A DNA stretch of 64,000 nucleotides from Malacoraja senta (taxonomy: Eukaryota). The notes under the pieces are model-generated. The model did not search any database. It was not told the origin of the DNA and worked only from the letters and a program-made list of their open reading frames with translations. The stretch spans positions 9,736,001 through 9,800,000 of the forward strand of contig CM075988.1 of assembly GCA_038087875.1 (NCBI GenBank), written 5' to 3'. Shown here piece after piece: positions 50,978 to 63,182 of this stretch (position 1 is its first letter; each line of letters opens with the position of its first letter). Made by a program: the position numbers and the translations under genes.

Positions 50978-52824
50978 AGGTCTGTCTCACTATGCGAGTT
51001 GACCCACGAGTGACCCCGAGTGAAAGACTCGTGGTTGCGTACGAGACTACAAGTTTATGATCCAGAGTTTAACCGAGTTCCCACGGGTATGTCTAAGTTT
51101 CCCGTTTACTTCTCATTTCTGCGATGTTCCAAGTTCGTCTCCCGAGTGTACCAAGTTCCTCTCCCGTTAATCTTGAGGCAACAATGTATATCGAAGTGTT
51201 GAAAAATCATCACACGTTAAAAAAATGATGTCATGCCAGCCAAAGAACGTAGAGACTATTGTGTTTGCTGCATGTGTTCTGCACAACCTGATCCGTATCA
51301 GAGGTGCAGCTTCAGGATCAGCAACAGCCATGCAGGACGGTGACTTAGTGGACAGTCAAACAGGGAGAATAACACTAGGTGCGTGGAGGAGTGGTACAAA
51401 CGACGAGACTTTGGTGCCACTGCAGTGTTTTCGAGGTAACACGGGGACCAACAGTGCAAAAGAGCAGAGAGACCATCTCTGCTCCTACTATAATTCAGAA
51501 TTGGGCAGTGTGCCGTGGCAGGACAGCTTATTTTGAGCGGCTGCCGATCACAGGTACATCACTGCATGAGGAGAGCCCACATGCAGAAAAATCCAGTTAA
51601 TTTCATGTTTAGTTTAAATCCTGCTGACTTTTCATTGTTTAACTTTAAGTGTGGATTTTATTTTTTATTGTGGTGTAAAAGTAATTTCATTGCATCTGTC
51701 TTTCCTTTAAAACGTGGTTATCATGCATCTGCTTATCTGATTGTAGATCTCAAAACTTGTCATTTAGCGCATTGCATTGTATCTTTTATTGCCTGAATTT
51801 AGACTAGTGCATTTCTCAGCTGAATTAGTATATAGTGGAAATACTTTTATTTGTGCTTCATTTGTTGATTTTCATGTATGAGAAGCCCTTTTTCAGACCA
51901 CTGCGTTGTTTGCTGTGGTGCTTCACCGTGATATGGGTTTGCAGGAAATTACGCATATTTCTCAATATGCGCAAAAAAGCGTTTTTTATATTGAACAAGA
52001 ATAAAGACTTTGTTTCACATTCAAGACATTTGTTTCACATAAGACTTTGTCTTATGTTCTGATCTACGGAGAGGGGACAATTTTAAACATTTAAAAAGCA
52101 CAGCATATGAGGCAGCTGAGTCCTTAAATCTCACAAATGATTGTGAGAATCAAGATGTGAATATATTTTGCCTTCCTCTATTTTGTGTTTTATGATGAAA
52201 GGAATATTACATTCAAGTCATGAGACTTTGTAGTGATATTAAAATGAAGACTTCCAGACATCAATTTGATCTTGATAGCAAAGAACTCTCTTTTATTGTG
52301 CAATGAAGTAAACAAACAGTGAGAATCAAATGGATCAGCAAAAAGCTTTTCAACACAACACAACACAACACAAATTTATATATAAACTTCAAGCAATTTT
52401 TTCTTTTCAACCCACTCTGTCACCTTATCAATAACTTGCTTAACTTTGTTAAGCAGAATTTGTCTTTAAAAAGTCTAAGTAACTGATATTTCTGTCCCTG
52501 ATTATTGTTTCTAAAAAGAGTTCCCACGGTAGAATCACGAGTCACAAAGTTAAACGCACGGGCCACTACGTTCTTACAACGAGTTTAAAATGTTTCAAAT
52601 TTTAACCACAAGAGTACATTTTACTCGTGGAAAAGTACAAACATGTTTGAACTTTTGCAAGAGTTAACAAGTTTCACGGGTACCTCCCGTTAGCGCCAAG
52701 AGTCGCTAAGTTGCGTCCACAAGTTCCGACGTTCCCGCTACGTTAATTTACGTGATTACCACGAGTTAAATTTGTTTTAAACTCGGGGTCACTCCTGGGT
52801 CAACTCGCACAGTGAGACAGCCCT
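50978..52824 (+). mobile_element. PIF/Harbinger DNA transposon, internal-deletion derivative
   Basis: About 44-bp TIR AGGTCTGTCTCACTATGCGAGTTGACCCACGAGTGACCCCGAGT with 3 mismatches; transposase C-terminal fragment inside. Confidence 0.88.
51225..51536 (+). pseudogene. Harbinger (HARBI1-like DDE) transposase C-terminal fragment
   Basis: IVFAACVLHN..RDHLCSYY.S..GSVPWQ motifs; the catalytic core is deleted. Confidence 0.85.
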
Positions 52825-53595
52825 TCTAGAGAGCAAACTGACGAAGATGCGGGTGGATGCTCCACTGGTGTCCTGATCACCAACTACCTGACTGGACGAC
52901 CACAATATGTCAGGCTACAGAACTGTGTCTCGGACATGGTGAAGAGCAACACAGTGGTCCCACAGTGGATGGTCCTCTCTCCCTTCCTGTTTACCATCAA
53001 CACCTCGAACTTCAGATATAACTCCGCCTCCTGCCACCTGCAGAGGTTTTCAGATGACTCTGCAATTGTGGGCTGCATCAGTGAGGGAAGGGAAGTTGAA
53101 TACAGAGGTGTAGTCAACGACTTTGTTGAGTAGTGTGGGCTGAATCACCTGCAGCTCAACACTGACAGGACTAAGGAGTTAATGATGGACTTTAGGAGGA
53201 GAGGAACACCCCTGTCCCCTGTCTCCATCAATGGTGTGGATGTGCAGTTTACCAGGGAGTACAAATTCCTGGGAGTGTACCCGGACTGTAAACTGGACTG
53301 GTCCAGGAACACTGAGGCCCTGTACAAGGACGGACAGAGTGGGCTGTACTTTTTGAGAAGGCTCCACTCCTTCAACGTCTACAGTAAGATGCTGCAGATG
53401 TTCTATCAATCAGTGGTAGCCAGCGCCATCCTCTTCGCTGCCATGTGCTGGGGCAGCAGGACGCCAATAGGATCAACAAACTGATCAGAAAGGCTGGCTC
53501 CATCCTGGGGGCGGAGTTGGATTCAAGGTGATCTTGGAGGGGAGGATGCTCCTCAAACTGCGGAGCATCCTGAACAATACAGCTCACCCCCTCCA

Positions 53596-54320
53596 TGTCA
53601 TGGTACACCAGTCATTGAAAGTAGGCATGCAGGTGCAGCAGGCAGTGAAGAAAGCAAATGGTATGTTGGCCTTCATAGCAAGAGGATTTGAGTATAGGAG
53701 CAGGGAGGTTCTACTGCAGTTGTACAGGGTCTTGGTGAGACCACACCTGGAGTATTGCGTACAGTGTTGGTCTCCAAATCTGAGGAAGGACATTATAGCC
53801 ATAGAGGGAGTGCAGAGAAGGTTCACCAGACTGATTCCTGGGATGTCAGGACTTTCATATGAAGAAAGACTGGATAGACTTGGCTTATACTCGCTAGAAT
53901 TTAGGAGATTGAGAGGGGATCTTATAGAAACATACAAAATTCTTATGGGGTTGGACAGGCTAGATGCAGGAAGATTGTTCCCGATGTTGGGGAAGTCCAG
54001 GACAAGGGGTCACAGCTTAAGGATAAGGGGGAAATCCTTTAAGACCGAGATGAGGAAAAACGTTTTCACACAGAGAGTGGTGAATCTCTGGAACTCTCTG
54101 CCACAGAGGGTAGTTGAGGCCAGTTCATTGGCTATATTTAAGAGGGAGTTAGATGTGGCCCTTGTGGCTAAGGGGATCAGGGGGTATGGAGAGAAGGCAG
54201 GTACGGGATACTGAGTTGGATGATCAGCCATGATCATATTGAATGGTGGTGCAGGCTCGAAGGGCCGAATGGCCTACTCCTGCACCTATTTTCTATGTAT
54301 CTATGTATCTATGTATCTAT
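53596..54320 (+). mobile_element. Young CR1/HER1 LINE nested in the Rex1 element
   Basis: Open ORF2 C-terminus to 54214, near-identical to 23549-24184; (TATCTATG)n tail; Rex sequence resumes at 54321. Confidence 0.93.
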
Positions 54321-54475
54321 GACTCACTGGTCAACCTGAGGAGTACCTTCAGCGACAAACTGGTTCCATCAAGATGCAGGACTGAACGCCACAGCAGTTC
54401 CTTCTTCCCTGTGGCTATCAAACTTACAACTCATCCCCCTTCTGTCGTGGGGTAGACTGAGACTGAGACTGAGAC

Positions 54476-54902
54476 TGGCCTCCTGTACAGCGGTGAGACC
54501 AAGCACAGACTTGTCAACCATTTTGCTGGAAACTTGCGCTCGGTCCACTGAGACCCTCTTGGATCTCCCAGTTGCTAACCATTTTAAACCCCTTCCCATT
54601 CCCACACTGACCTTTCTGTCCTCTTTGCCGCAGTGAGGCCCGCACAAACTGGAGGAACAGCACCTCATATTCTGCTTGCATAGCTTTCAACCCAACATTG
54701 CATTCTCTAATTTTGGGCAACCTCTAACAAATACCCTCCCCGTCCCTACCCCTCTCCTTTCTCCCCCACACCCCTTTACTTCCCACTTTATTATCTCTCT
54801 TCTATGATCAGTCTGAAGAAGAGTCCCAACCCGAAGCATCACCTATCCATGTTCTGCAGGGATGATGTCTGACTTGTTGAGTTACCCCAGCACCATGTGT
54901 CT
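54476..54902 (+). mobile_element. Penelope fragment with pLTR
   Basis: CTCCTGTACAGCGGTGAGACCAAG (LYSGETK)..AAACTGGAGGAACAGCACCTCATATTC..CAGTCTGAAGAAG. Confidence 0.8.
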
Positions 54903-55045
54903 GCTTCTGACTCATGTCATGATGTTTCTGCTTTGCCTCCTAATCAGCAGTCACTATATCCTTGCTTGCCGTCCCTCCTGCATGATTTGTGCCATGACCC
55001 CTATAAACACTAACATAACTTAAAACCCTCCATCCTCAAGATCTC

Positions 55046-55198
55046 TTACGGCTCTTAGGGCTAAAGGAATCAAGGGATATGGGGTAAAAGCTGGAACGGG
55101 GTACTGATTTTGGATGATCAGCCATGATCATATTGAATGGTGGTGCTGGCTCGAAGGGCCAAATGGTCTACTCCAGCACCTATTTTGTTCTATGTTTC
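55046..55198 (+). mobile_element. CR1 3' end
   Basis: GGCTAAAGGAATCAAGGGATATGGGG..GGCTCGAAGGGCC..TTCTATG. Confidence 0.85.
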
Positions 55199-55917
55199 CA
55201 AAGCCATTCATTGCACTAAAGATTATGGTCCAATTTCTCGCTGTTTAGTTCTACATCATGTGCTGATCAACTTGACTGCCACCACTACCATACTATAAGT
55301 GAAACATTTGTCAATGGAACATTCTGAATGATTAAAAACCCGAGCTTGTGCAATCTAATGGTGAGCTTCTGTGTAGCAAGGATGCTCCAGAGTCTGAAGG
55401 AGGGTCCCGACATCACCCATCCTTTTTCCCCAGAGATGCTGCTTGACCCGCTGAGTTATTCCGGCACTTTGTGATTGTCTGTTCCAGACAATACTTGCTA
55501 TCTGCATGGTCTCAATTCTTTAGGTAGGGCGCAAGTATCCATAACTGGATTAGAGCATGTAATTAAAACAGCAACCATAGTTTTATTAATATCCAATTAA
55601 CCAACCACTGTGAACCTGTGATTAAAAACTGATTTGGTTTTACAGAGAAAGGAGTTGCAGCTATAATAATTGAAAGGATTGTGCTTAACCTCCCGCTGTC
55701 ATTTGATGAACGTATGCTCGGCAATTCCACGAGCACTTGTACAGACAGTCTCATTTCCAACTGCTGCCCACCAGACATGGGCCAGTAAAGTTGAATCAAA
55801 ATGATACCCCATAATTATAGGTTATAGAGATCACTGGCAGTTTAGAGTGAGCACACAAGCTCTCCGATCAAAAAAAAATGGAATTCATTTGTGGATACAA
55901 TTAAAATGCAGACAGAA

Positions 55918-56195
55918 CTGTGACGCAGCGGTTGAGTTGCTGCCTTACAGCGCCAGAGACCCGGGCTCGGTCCTGACTATGGGAGCTGTCTGTACGGAGT
56001 TTGTACGCTCTCCCTGTGACCGCGTGGGTTTTCTCCGGGTGCTTTCTCCAGGTCCCACATTACAAAGACGTGCAGGTTTGTAGGTTAATTGGCTTCTGTA
56101 AATTGTCCCCAGTGTGTAGGATAGAACTAGTGTAGGGGTGATCGTTGGTCGGCATGGACTTGGTGGGCCGAAGGGCCTGTTTTCTCGCTGTATTT
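55918..56195 (+). mobile_element. HE1-type SINE
   Basis: Head and V core. Confidence 0.85.
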
Positions 56196-56679
56196 ATAAC
56201 ACAAACAATGCTCAGTGTTATTAGGTTGCTGGTTAAGTTGCAACTAGAGTATTGTGTTCAATGTATTTGCGCCACACTTACAGAAGGAGATCAGGGGCCT
56301 TGGAGAGGTGGCAGAATTGATTTAACAGAATGATGATAGGGATGAAGTGATTTAAATTAAGGGGATAAACTGGAGAAGATAGGTAGTTCCCTCTGGAGTA
56401 GAGAGGTTAATGAGAGCTTTGATAAAATGCACAAAGTCCAGAAGAGAAAGGGTTTCTTCCCCAGGGGTCAAAGGTTGAGTAGCTGACATATAAAGATTGA
56501 AGGTAATTGGCACGAGAACCACAAGTGACAAGAGGAAGATTTTATTTTGCGAATTGTGTAGTAAATAACTTCCTGAATGAAAGTAGATGCAGGTTCAAAG
56601 GTGAAGCATGACAACCTTGAATGAGATATAATTACAGGGCTGCAGGGAAGACCCAGGAAAGTGGGAATCATTGAATTAA

Positions 56680-57007
56680 AGCCCTGTCCCACGGTACGAG
56701 TTCATTCCAAGAGCTCTCCCGAGTTTGCCCTGATTCGAACTCGGACATTTACGGTAATGGCCACTCGTCGGTACTCGGGGCTCTCGTGGACATATTTCAA
56801 CATGTTGAAAAATCTTCACGAGTCTTCCCGTGCTTAGCTGCCATTAGCGAGTCTTCCCGAGTACCTGCCGTTAGCGTTACGAGCCACAAAGAGACGTCCC
56901 TGAGCTCCGACGTAACCGCTACGTTCATTCTCCGTGCTTACCACGAGTTTGATTTTTTTTAAACTCGGGAGAGCTCTTGGAATGAACTCGTACCGTGGGA
57001 CAGGGCT
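56680..57007. mobile_element. Harbinger-family MITE, young
   Basis: Perfect 47-bp TIR AGCCCTGTCCCACGGTACGAGTTCATTCCAAGAGCTCTCCCGAGTTT; TAA/ATAA flanks; subterminal similarity to 52640-52824. Confidence 0.92.
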
Positions 57008-57019
57008 ATAACTCTCCCA

Positions 57020-57420
57020 AATTAGATGGATAGGTCTGCATCGACCCGAGTGGAGGGGGCGCCGTGATGAACAATGGTGACCTGGCGTGGAGGGACCTCC
57101 ATGAGGGACGATGGGAGAACAATGGGGAACCCGGTGTGGGGGAGGGGGGGCACTCTAGTTTTAGAATCCTCTGCCCAGGGAATAAGCCTGCGTTTATTTG
57201 TTTTTTTCTTTGTTCGTCCCGGTGAAGATGCTCTGCACACGGCAACCAGCCAACAGTCTCTTGTCTTTTTGTTTTTGTTTTCACTTTTAATTTAATTTTA
57301 CTTCCAAGTTTTCGTGTACCTTGTTGTGTGTTGTGACTGTTGACAGACCAATTTCCCTCCAGGGATGAATAAAGTTCTATCGCACTGTATTGTTTCGTAT
57401 CATAACGTATCGTATCGTAT
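57020..57420 (+). mobile_element. Non-autonomous LINE derivative (Rex-like 3' end)
   Basis: GC-rich body, then AATTTCCCTCCAGGGATGAATAAAG and a (TATCG)n tail, like the end of 1-670. Confidence 0.6.
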
Positions 57421-57829
57421 CACATCATAAAAGATCTCTTCCTGGCTTAATTTTTTTGATTCCAATATTTACTGCACAAAACTTTCACTTCAGATCTAAT
57501 TGCACTGAAATTTAAAAAAACAACCAGTAGATCAAGAACATGTCCACATTTCCTGAGGAAGGGTATTGAACCGAAATGTCACCAATTCTCCAGAGATGCG
57601 GTCTGATCCGTTGAGTTACTCCAGCTTTTTGAGTCTATCTTCCATTAAGCAGATTGCAATCAAGACTCTAAAAGAGACGTGGAATTCTGTAAAATTAAGG
57701 ATGACGGCGATGAATTCAAAGAGAGGTGATAGAAACATAGAAACATATAAACATAGAAAATAGCTGCAGGAGGCCATTCGGCCCTTCGATTGTTAATATA
57801 TGTAGGAAGGAACTGCAGATGCTGGTGAG

Positions 57830-59085
57830 GGAGGGAACCGGAGCACCCGGAGGATCACAGTCACAGGAAGAACGTATAAACTCCATACGGACAGCACCCC
57901 TAGTCAGGATCAAACCTGGGTCTCTGGTGCTGTATGGCAGCAGCTCTACTGCTGCACCACTGTGCCGTCCCAATAAGTTGCTTTGAAGTGATCCAGTGTG
58001 CACCTATGTTGAACCCTTCAGTCCTTGACGACAATTGTGCTCCAATAATATCAATGCACATTGAGGGCGGGACGGTGTTGCAGCGGGTAGACCTGCTACC
58101 TCACAGCGCCAGAGACCTGTGTTAGATCCTGACTTTGTGTGCTGTTTATGTGGAGTTTGCTCATTCTCCCTGTGACTGCATAGGTTTCCTCTGGATGCTC
58201 CGGTTTCTTCCCACATGCAAAAGACAAGCTGGCTTGTAGTTTAATTGGCCTCTGTAAGTTGCCCCTAGTGTACAGTAAGTGGATTTATCTAAGTGGATAA
58301 TATAGAACTAGTGTGAAAGAGTAATCAATGGTTGGCATGGTCTTGATGGGTTGAAGGGCCGATTTCCATGCTGTATCTATAAACTAAACTAACAAATATG
58401 GAATTCTAAAATCCTAACCAGTGGTGGGGAATGATGAGAGAATAGTTCCAGTTTACAATGACCTGTTAAAGATCTTGCAAGTATTGCAAGTTATGATCTT
58501 GCATCACTTGTCTTTTTGGCATTAGGGATAAATAATTTGATAAATCGACAAAGCAGCATTACGGGGTTTTGATTGCTCATAAATTCATGCTTTCTAGGAG
58601 CAGAATTAGGGCATTCGGCCCATCAAATCTAAGCCATTCAATCATGGCTGATTTATCTTTCCCTCTCAACCCCATTCTCCCCACAACCACTGAATTCCAC
58701 ATATTCACCGCCCTCTGACTAAAGAAATTCCTCCTCATCTCCTTTCTAAAAGTATGTCCTTTTATTCTGAGGCTATGGCCTCTGGTCCTGGACTCTCCCA
58801 CGAGTGCAAACATCCTCTCCACATTCACTCAATCTAGGCCTTTAACTATTCAGTTGATTGATTGAAAGATACAGCATGAAAAGAGGCCCTTCGGCCCACG
58901 ACGGCCATCGATCACGTGTTCAGACTAGTTTAATGTCATCTCACTTTCGCATCCATTCCCTACACACAAGGGGCAATTTGCAGAGGCTACTTTACTCACA
59001 AATCCACGTGTCTTTGGGATGTGGGGAAAAAACTGGAGCACCCGGAGGAAACCCACGTGGTCACAAGGAGAACGTGAAAACTCCA
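57830..59085. mobile_element. SINE/CR1 cluster (SINE 57830-57971 minus, SINE 58064-58392 plus, CR1 58575-58845 minus, SINE 58865-59085 minus)
   Basis: Recognisable heads, cores and the CR1 ORF end (ESRTRGHSLRIKG..FFSQRAVNMWN). Confidence 0.85.
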
Positions 59086-59848
59086 CATTGCTGCTTTCCA
59101 CCTCGAGGAAGCATTTCCTGTAAACATAATGCACTGGTGATGAAGTCGGATGTCATTAAACTTTGTTCAAAATGTGCTGATCAATAAAATAGATTTTTCC
59201 TCGTGAATGCGGTAGTCACTATGCTCAGGCAGGCAAGTGGAACGCATGTCAACACACTCCTCTTGTTAGCCAAGTATTATATAAACACTTGAGATTGTCC
59301 CTTCGGGGAGACAATTCAGGTGTTGTGACAAGACAAATGATTTGCTGACTCCAAGCCAACAAAAACCTTTGAAAAATTAGATTGGATCAGAGTATTGAAA
59401 TCGTAATGGAAGCAGTGAAACAGAAAAGGGGACCTATTTTGGTGATGATAGCATTGTGATTCTATATATAGTAGCCCTGCGAGGATTGAAGAAGTTTCTG
59501 ATTTAATGCAATGACAAAAGAATTCAAATGACCCCATCAATCATAATTTATTATCATCTTCTATTAATGCAGTTCACTGTACTGGCATGATGCTTACAAT
59601 TACCCCTCTGCACTGTCTTAAGGTACTGTCAGTCTTTCGCGTGGCAGTCTTTGATGCATCATGCACCCTAGGTATTCTGTGCGTAAAGAATCCTTCAATC
59701 TAGAGCTAAATGAGGCGCATATCGACCATCACACCCACTAACGCCTGTGTTCTGGCAGTTTGGATTCATGTCATCTTGACAATTGGAAAACCTTTACTTC
59801 TTCTACCCTGTTACAGGATGACAAAGCATAAAATAAAGTATGCATAAA

Positions 59849-60345
59849 GGGCGGCACATTGGCTAAACTTAGTTTAGTTTTAGTTTAGAGATACAGCGTG
59901 GAAACAGGCCCTTCAGCCCATCCGTGCCGACCAGCGATTAACTGTACACTACTTCTATTCTACAAACATAGGGATGCATTTGCAGAAGCCAATTAACCAA
60001 CAAACCTGCATGTCTTTGGAGTGTGGGAGGAAACCAGAGCATAGGAGAAAACCCACACGGTCACAGGGAGAATGTACAAACTCCCTACAGATGAGCTGCT
60101 GCTTTACAGTGCCAAGGGCCTGGGTTCAATCCCAACTACAAGTCTGTCTGTACGGAGTGAGCATGTTCACTCTGTGACCATGTAGATTTTCTCAGGGTGC
60201 TTTGTTTTCCTCCCACATTCCAAAGACATGCAGGTTAGTGGGTTAACTGGCTTCTGTAAATGGTCCCTAGTGTGTAGGATAGGATGAGTGCACGGGTGAA
60301 CTCGATGGGCCAAAGGACCTGTTTCCATGCTGTATTTCTGAATTA
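59849..60345. mobile_element. Plus-strand HE1-type SINE with a minus-strand SINE (about 59865-60090) inserted into its head
   Basis: Head GGGCGGCACATTGGC, then a reverse-strand SINE, then the continuation GAGCTGCTGCTTTACAGTGCC. Confidence 0.8.
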
Positions 60346-61699
60346 AACATAAAGGAAAAATACCTTCTAATACGCAACTACTAACCTGGCATGAAGAGGA
60401 CGCCCTGCACACATTGTATGAAATAGTGGAGTTGTCCAGGGTGCTGAAAGGAATTAAAGAGGACAAATGCAGTCCAGGGTTCTTTGCTAGCAAGGACTCA
60501 ATAGGTCAGACAGCATATCTGGAGAACATGGATAGGTCTTGACCAGAAATATTACCTATCTTTGAGTCTGAAGGAGTGCCCAAACCCAAAGCATCACCTA
60601 TCCATGTTCTCCAGAGATGCTGCCCGACCCGCTGATACTTTTTTTTTCAAGCTTTGTTTTCACTTTTCAACTCTTTCTCTAATTCTAGTTCCCCAAATTT
60701 ATACTGAAACAAGTTATCAATGTCATTGCTATTGAAAGCTAGATGGGATGGTGTATAATCTTAACCGTTCCTCTCTTGAGGCTTTAAGTGACCGAGCCTG
60801 GCAACACCTTATGTGGACAAGCCACTATTTCAATGCAGTCGCATGGTAATTAGCATGCTCCTCATTATTGGTTCAGAGAGAGTTAGAGACACACAGGGGC
60901 AGGAACAGGTGATGATGTGGATGTTGATATTAAAGATGAAAGATAAGTTTGCTGACCCCAACGGATGAGCAAGTGGTTTGCCACATAGAGTCATAGAGTC
61001 ATACAGCATGGAAACAGACCCTTTGGTCCAATTTCCCTATGTTGACCAAGGTGCTCCATCTACACTCGTCCCTCCTGCCCATATCCCTCTAAACTTTGTC
61101 TGTCCATATACCTGTCCAAATGCCTTTTAAATGTTGTTATAGTACTTGCCTTAACTACATTCCAGCTCCAATGTAGTTCCAATGAATTACATTCAACTAC
61201 AATGGCAGCTCATTACATATACCCACCAGACACGGTGTGAAAAAGTTGCTCCTTAGATTCCTATCAAATCTTTCCTTTATCAACTTAAACCTCTGGTTCT
61301 TGATTCCCCTAAAAAAAAAACTCGGTCAATCTACCTTACTTATTATCTATCCATGAGTTTGATGAAGTGTCCCAACCTGAAGCGTCACCTATCCATGTTC
61401 TCCAGAGATACCCTCATGACCTGGTTTCCAAAGGATTGATATGTGAACATAACATGTGTGTCCAGTCTTGAGTAATGATGCGGCCTGCAGTAACTGGTGG
61501 CTTAGTAGAGGAGATCACTCATCACACAAATACAGTTTTGTGGACAGATCATGACATTGTCACCTATGAAGACAAGTGACAATTTAATTAGGTATGCGAT
61601 GGACACAACCACAAGAAGACAAATTGGGCAGTAAATATTTCACAGCTACAGTTAGATTTTCAGTGCTTCCACATCTAATCTAACTGTTCCTCCTCTCTG

Positions 61700-62107
61700 T
61701 GGATTGTCACCTTGTCATGGTGAAGAAGCTTGTGTGGTCCTGAGATCCTGAGAGTGATGCCATCTGGAGCTATGCTCCTGGTAGGGCCACCCATGGCAGT
61801 AAGGTCGAGGGGGAGGTCCCTGGCAAAGAGCAATCCAACCAAGACCTCAATGGTGGAACAGGCGGAGGATGATGGCTGACTTTAGTGGAGCGTCACAACG
61901 GTAGAGAAGGCGGATGAAGGCTGCAGCAGAATAGGGTCCCCGGTCATCTTGGACTCCATGCTACTGGATCCTGACCCAGATCTGTCATGGACTGTGGGGT
62001 GGCTGTCTGTGCACCAGTCTCCCCACATTAAACAAAGTCATGCACAGGCGTGCTCCATAGAGAGGACAGTCATACTCGTTTCGAGTGACAGCCGATGATG
62101 ATGATGA
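61700..62107 (+). mobile_element. Short RTE-clade (Rex3/Expander/Bov-B-like 5' UTR) non-autonomous element
   Basis: CACCTTGTCATGGTG..GAGCTATGCTCCTGGTAGGGCCACCCATGGC..GGTC..AAAGAGC resembles RTE 5' UTRs; ends in (GAT)n; no ORF. Confidence 0.65.
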
Positions 62108-62180
62108 ACATGGAACAATCTATCAATTTGGCTTCTACTACGCAACATTCTGCAGAGATAGACACAAAAGCTAGAGTTAA

Positions 62181-62782
62181 AGGTCTGTCTCACGAATCTG
62201 CGGTCATTGGCGGCGAAACGGGAAGAATCTGCCGCCATAGACCGCGCACTCGTGAGAAAGAACAATTCCCGGGCCGTGCGACGGTGTTCCCAACACCGCG
62301 CGGTGCAAAAATAAAATCGACAATGTCGAAAACCAAATACTCACCGCACAACCTCCACCAGTGATGCAAGAGTGCGCACGGCCGCTCGCACGGGCCGCCG
62401 CCAGTATGGCTCGAGCGCCGTGCGTCAAACCTCCTCTGCCACAGCCTCCGCCAGTGACGCACGTGCCGCCGCTAGTGAGACACGTGTGCTGCGCGGCCGC
62501 AGGCACAGCCACCGCTACAGCGCCGCGATCAGGATGGCCGCCGCCACAGCCGCCGCTGGTGAGTCACGTGCGGGGGGCCGACGTCATCGCAGTCGGCCCG
62601 CCCTTTTTTTACTTACCGCAAGCACGTGGGACCCGCCGTGTTTGAATTAACTCGGCCCCCGCGCAACATCCGTGCGGCGCTCCGGTGGATAGCCTCGATG
62701 CTCTCGCCGTTGCCGCGCGGTCCTAGCTACCGTCTACACCGCGCTTCACCGCCGATGACCGCAAACAGGTAAGACACGGCCT
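62181..62782. mobile_element. CpG-rich Harbinger-like non-autonomous element
   Basis: Imperfect TIR of about 37 bp with AGG..CCT ends and TAA on both sides; splits a Penelope pLTR (GAGT..TAACTCAG); starts with the same AGGTCTGTCTCAC as 50978. Confidence 0.82.
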
Positions 62783-62886
62783 TAACTCAGCAGGCAAGGC
62801 AGCATCTCTGGAGAGAAGAAATGGGTGACTTTTCAGGTCGAAAGCTGAAGAAGGGTCTCAACCCGAAAAGTCACGCATTCCTTCTC

Positions 62887-63038
62887 AATTTCAAGTGAGT
62901 TTATTGTCATGTGTCCCTGATAGGACAATGAAATTCTTGCTTTGCTTCAGCACACAGAACATAGTAGGCATTTACTATAAAACAGATCAGTGTGTCCATA
63001 GACCATTATATAAATATATACACACATGAATAAATAAA
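62887..63038 (-). mobile_element. LINE 3' end nested in a pLTR repeat
   Basis: Reverse-strand GACAATAAAC end; candidate TSD CTTCTC at 62881-62886 and 63039-63044. Confidence 0.6.
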
Positions 63039-63182
63039 CTTCTCTCCAGAGTTACTCCAGCTTTTTGAGTCCATCTTCGGTTTAAACCAGCATCTGCAGT
63101 TCCTTCTAACAGATCATGCAGAGGTTTGACACTGACCATTAATGCAGTTAGCCTTAGCTTGCAGAGTTACTTTGCTTTATAA

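Larger units (their letters stand above)
48690..54455 (+). mobile_element. Rex1/Babar-clade LINE, near full length, decayed, with nested Harbinger and CR1
   Basis: APE motifs (NKVDEL, LCFTESWL, VYIPP, GDFNH, SDHN); RT motifs (KATGPEG, YRPVALTSH, VLSPFLF, FSDDS); C-terminus LYFLRRL..HPLH..SFFP. Confidence 0.9.

Noticed and set aside
62204..62650. Overlapping Ala/Pro/Arg-rich ORFs suggesting a first exon
   Set aside because: They lie inside a TIR-bounded element, and high GC content explains the lack of stops.
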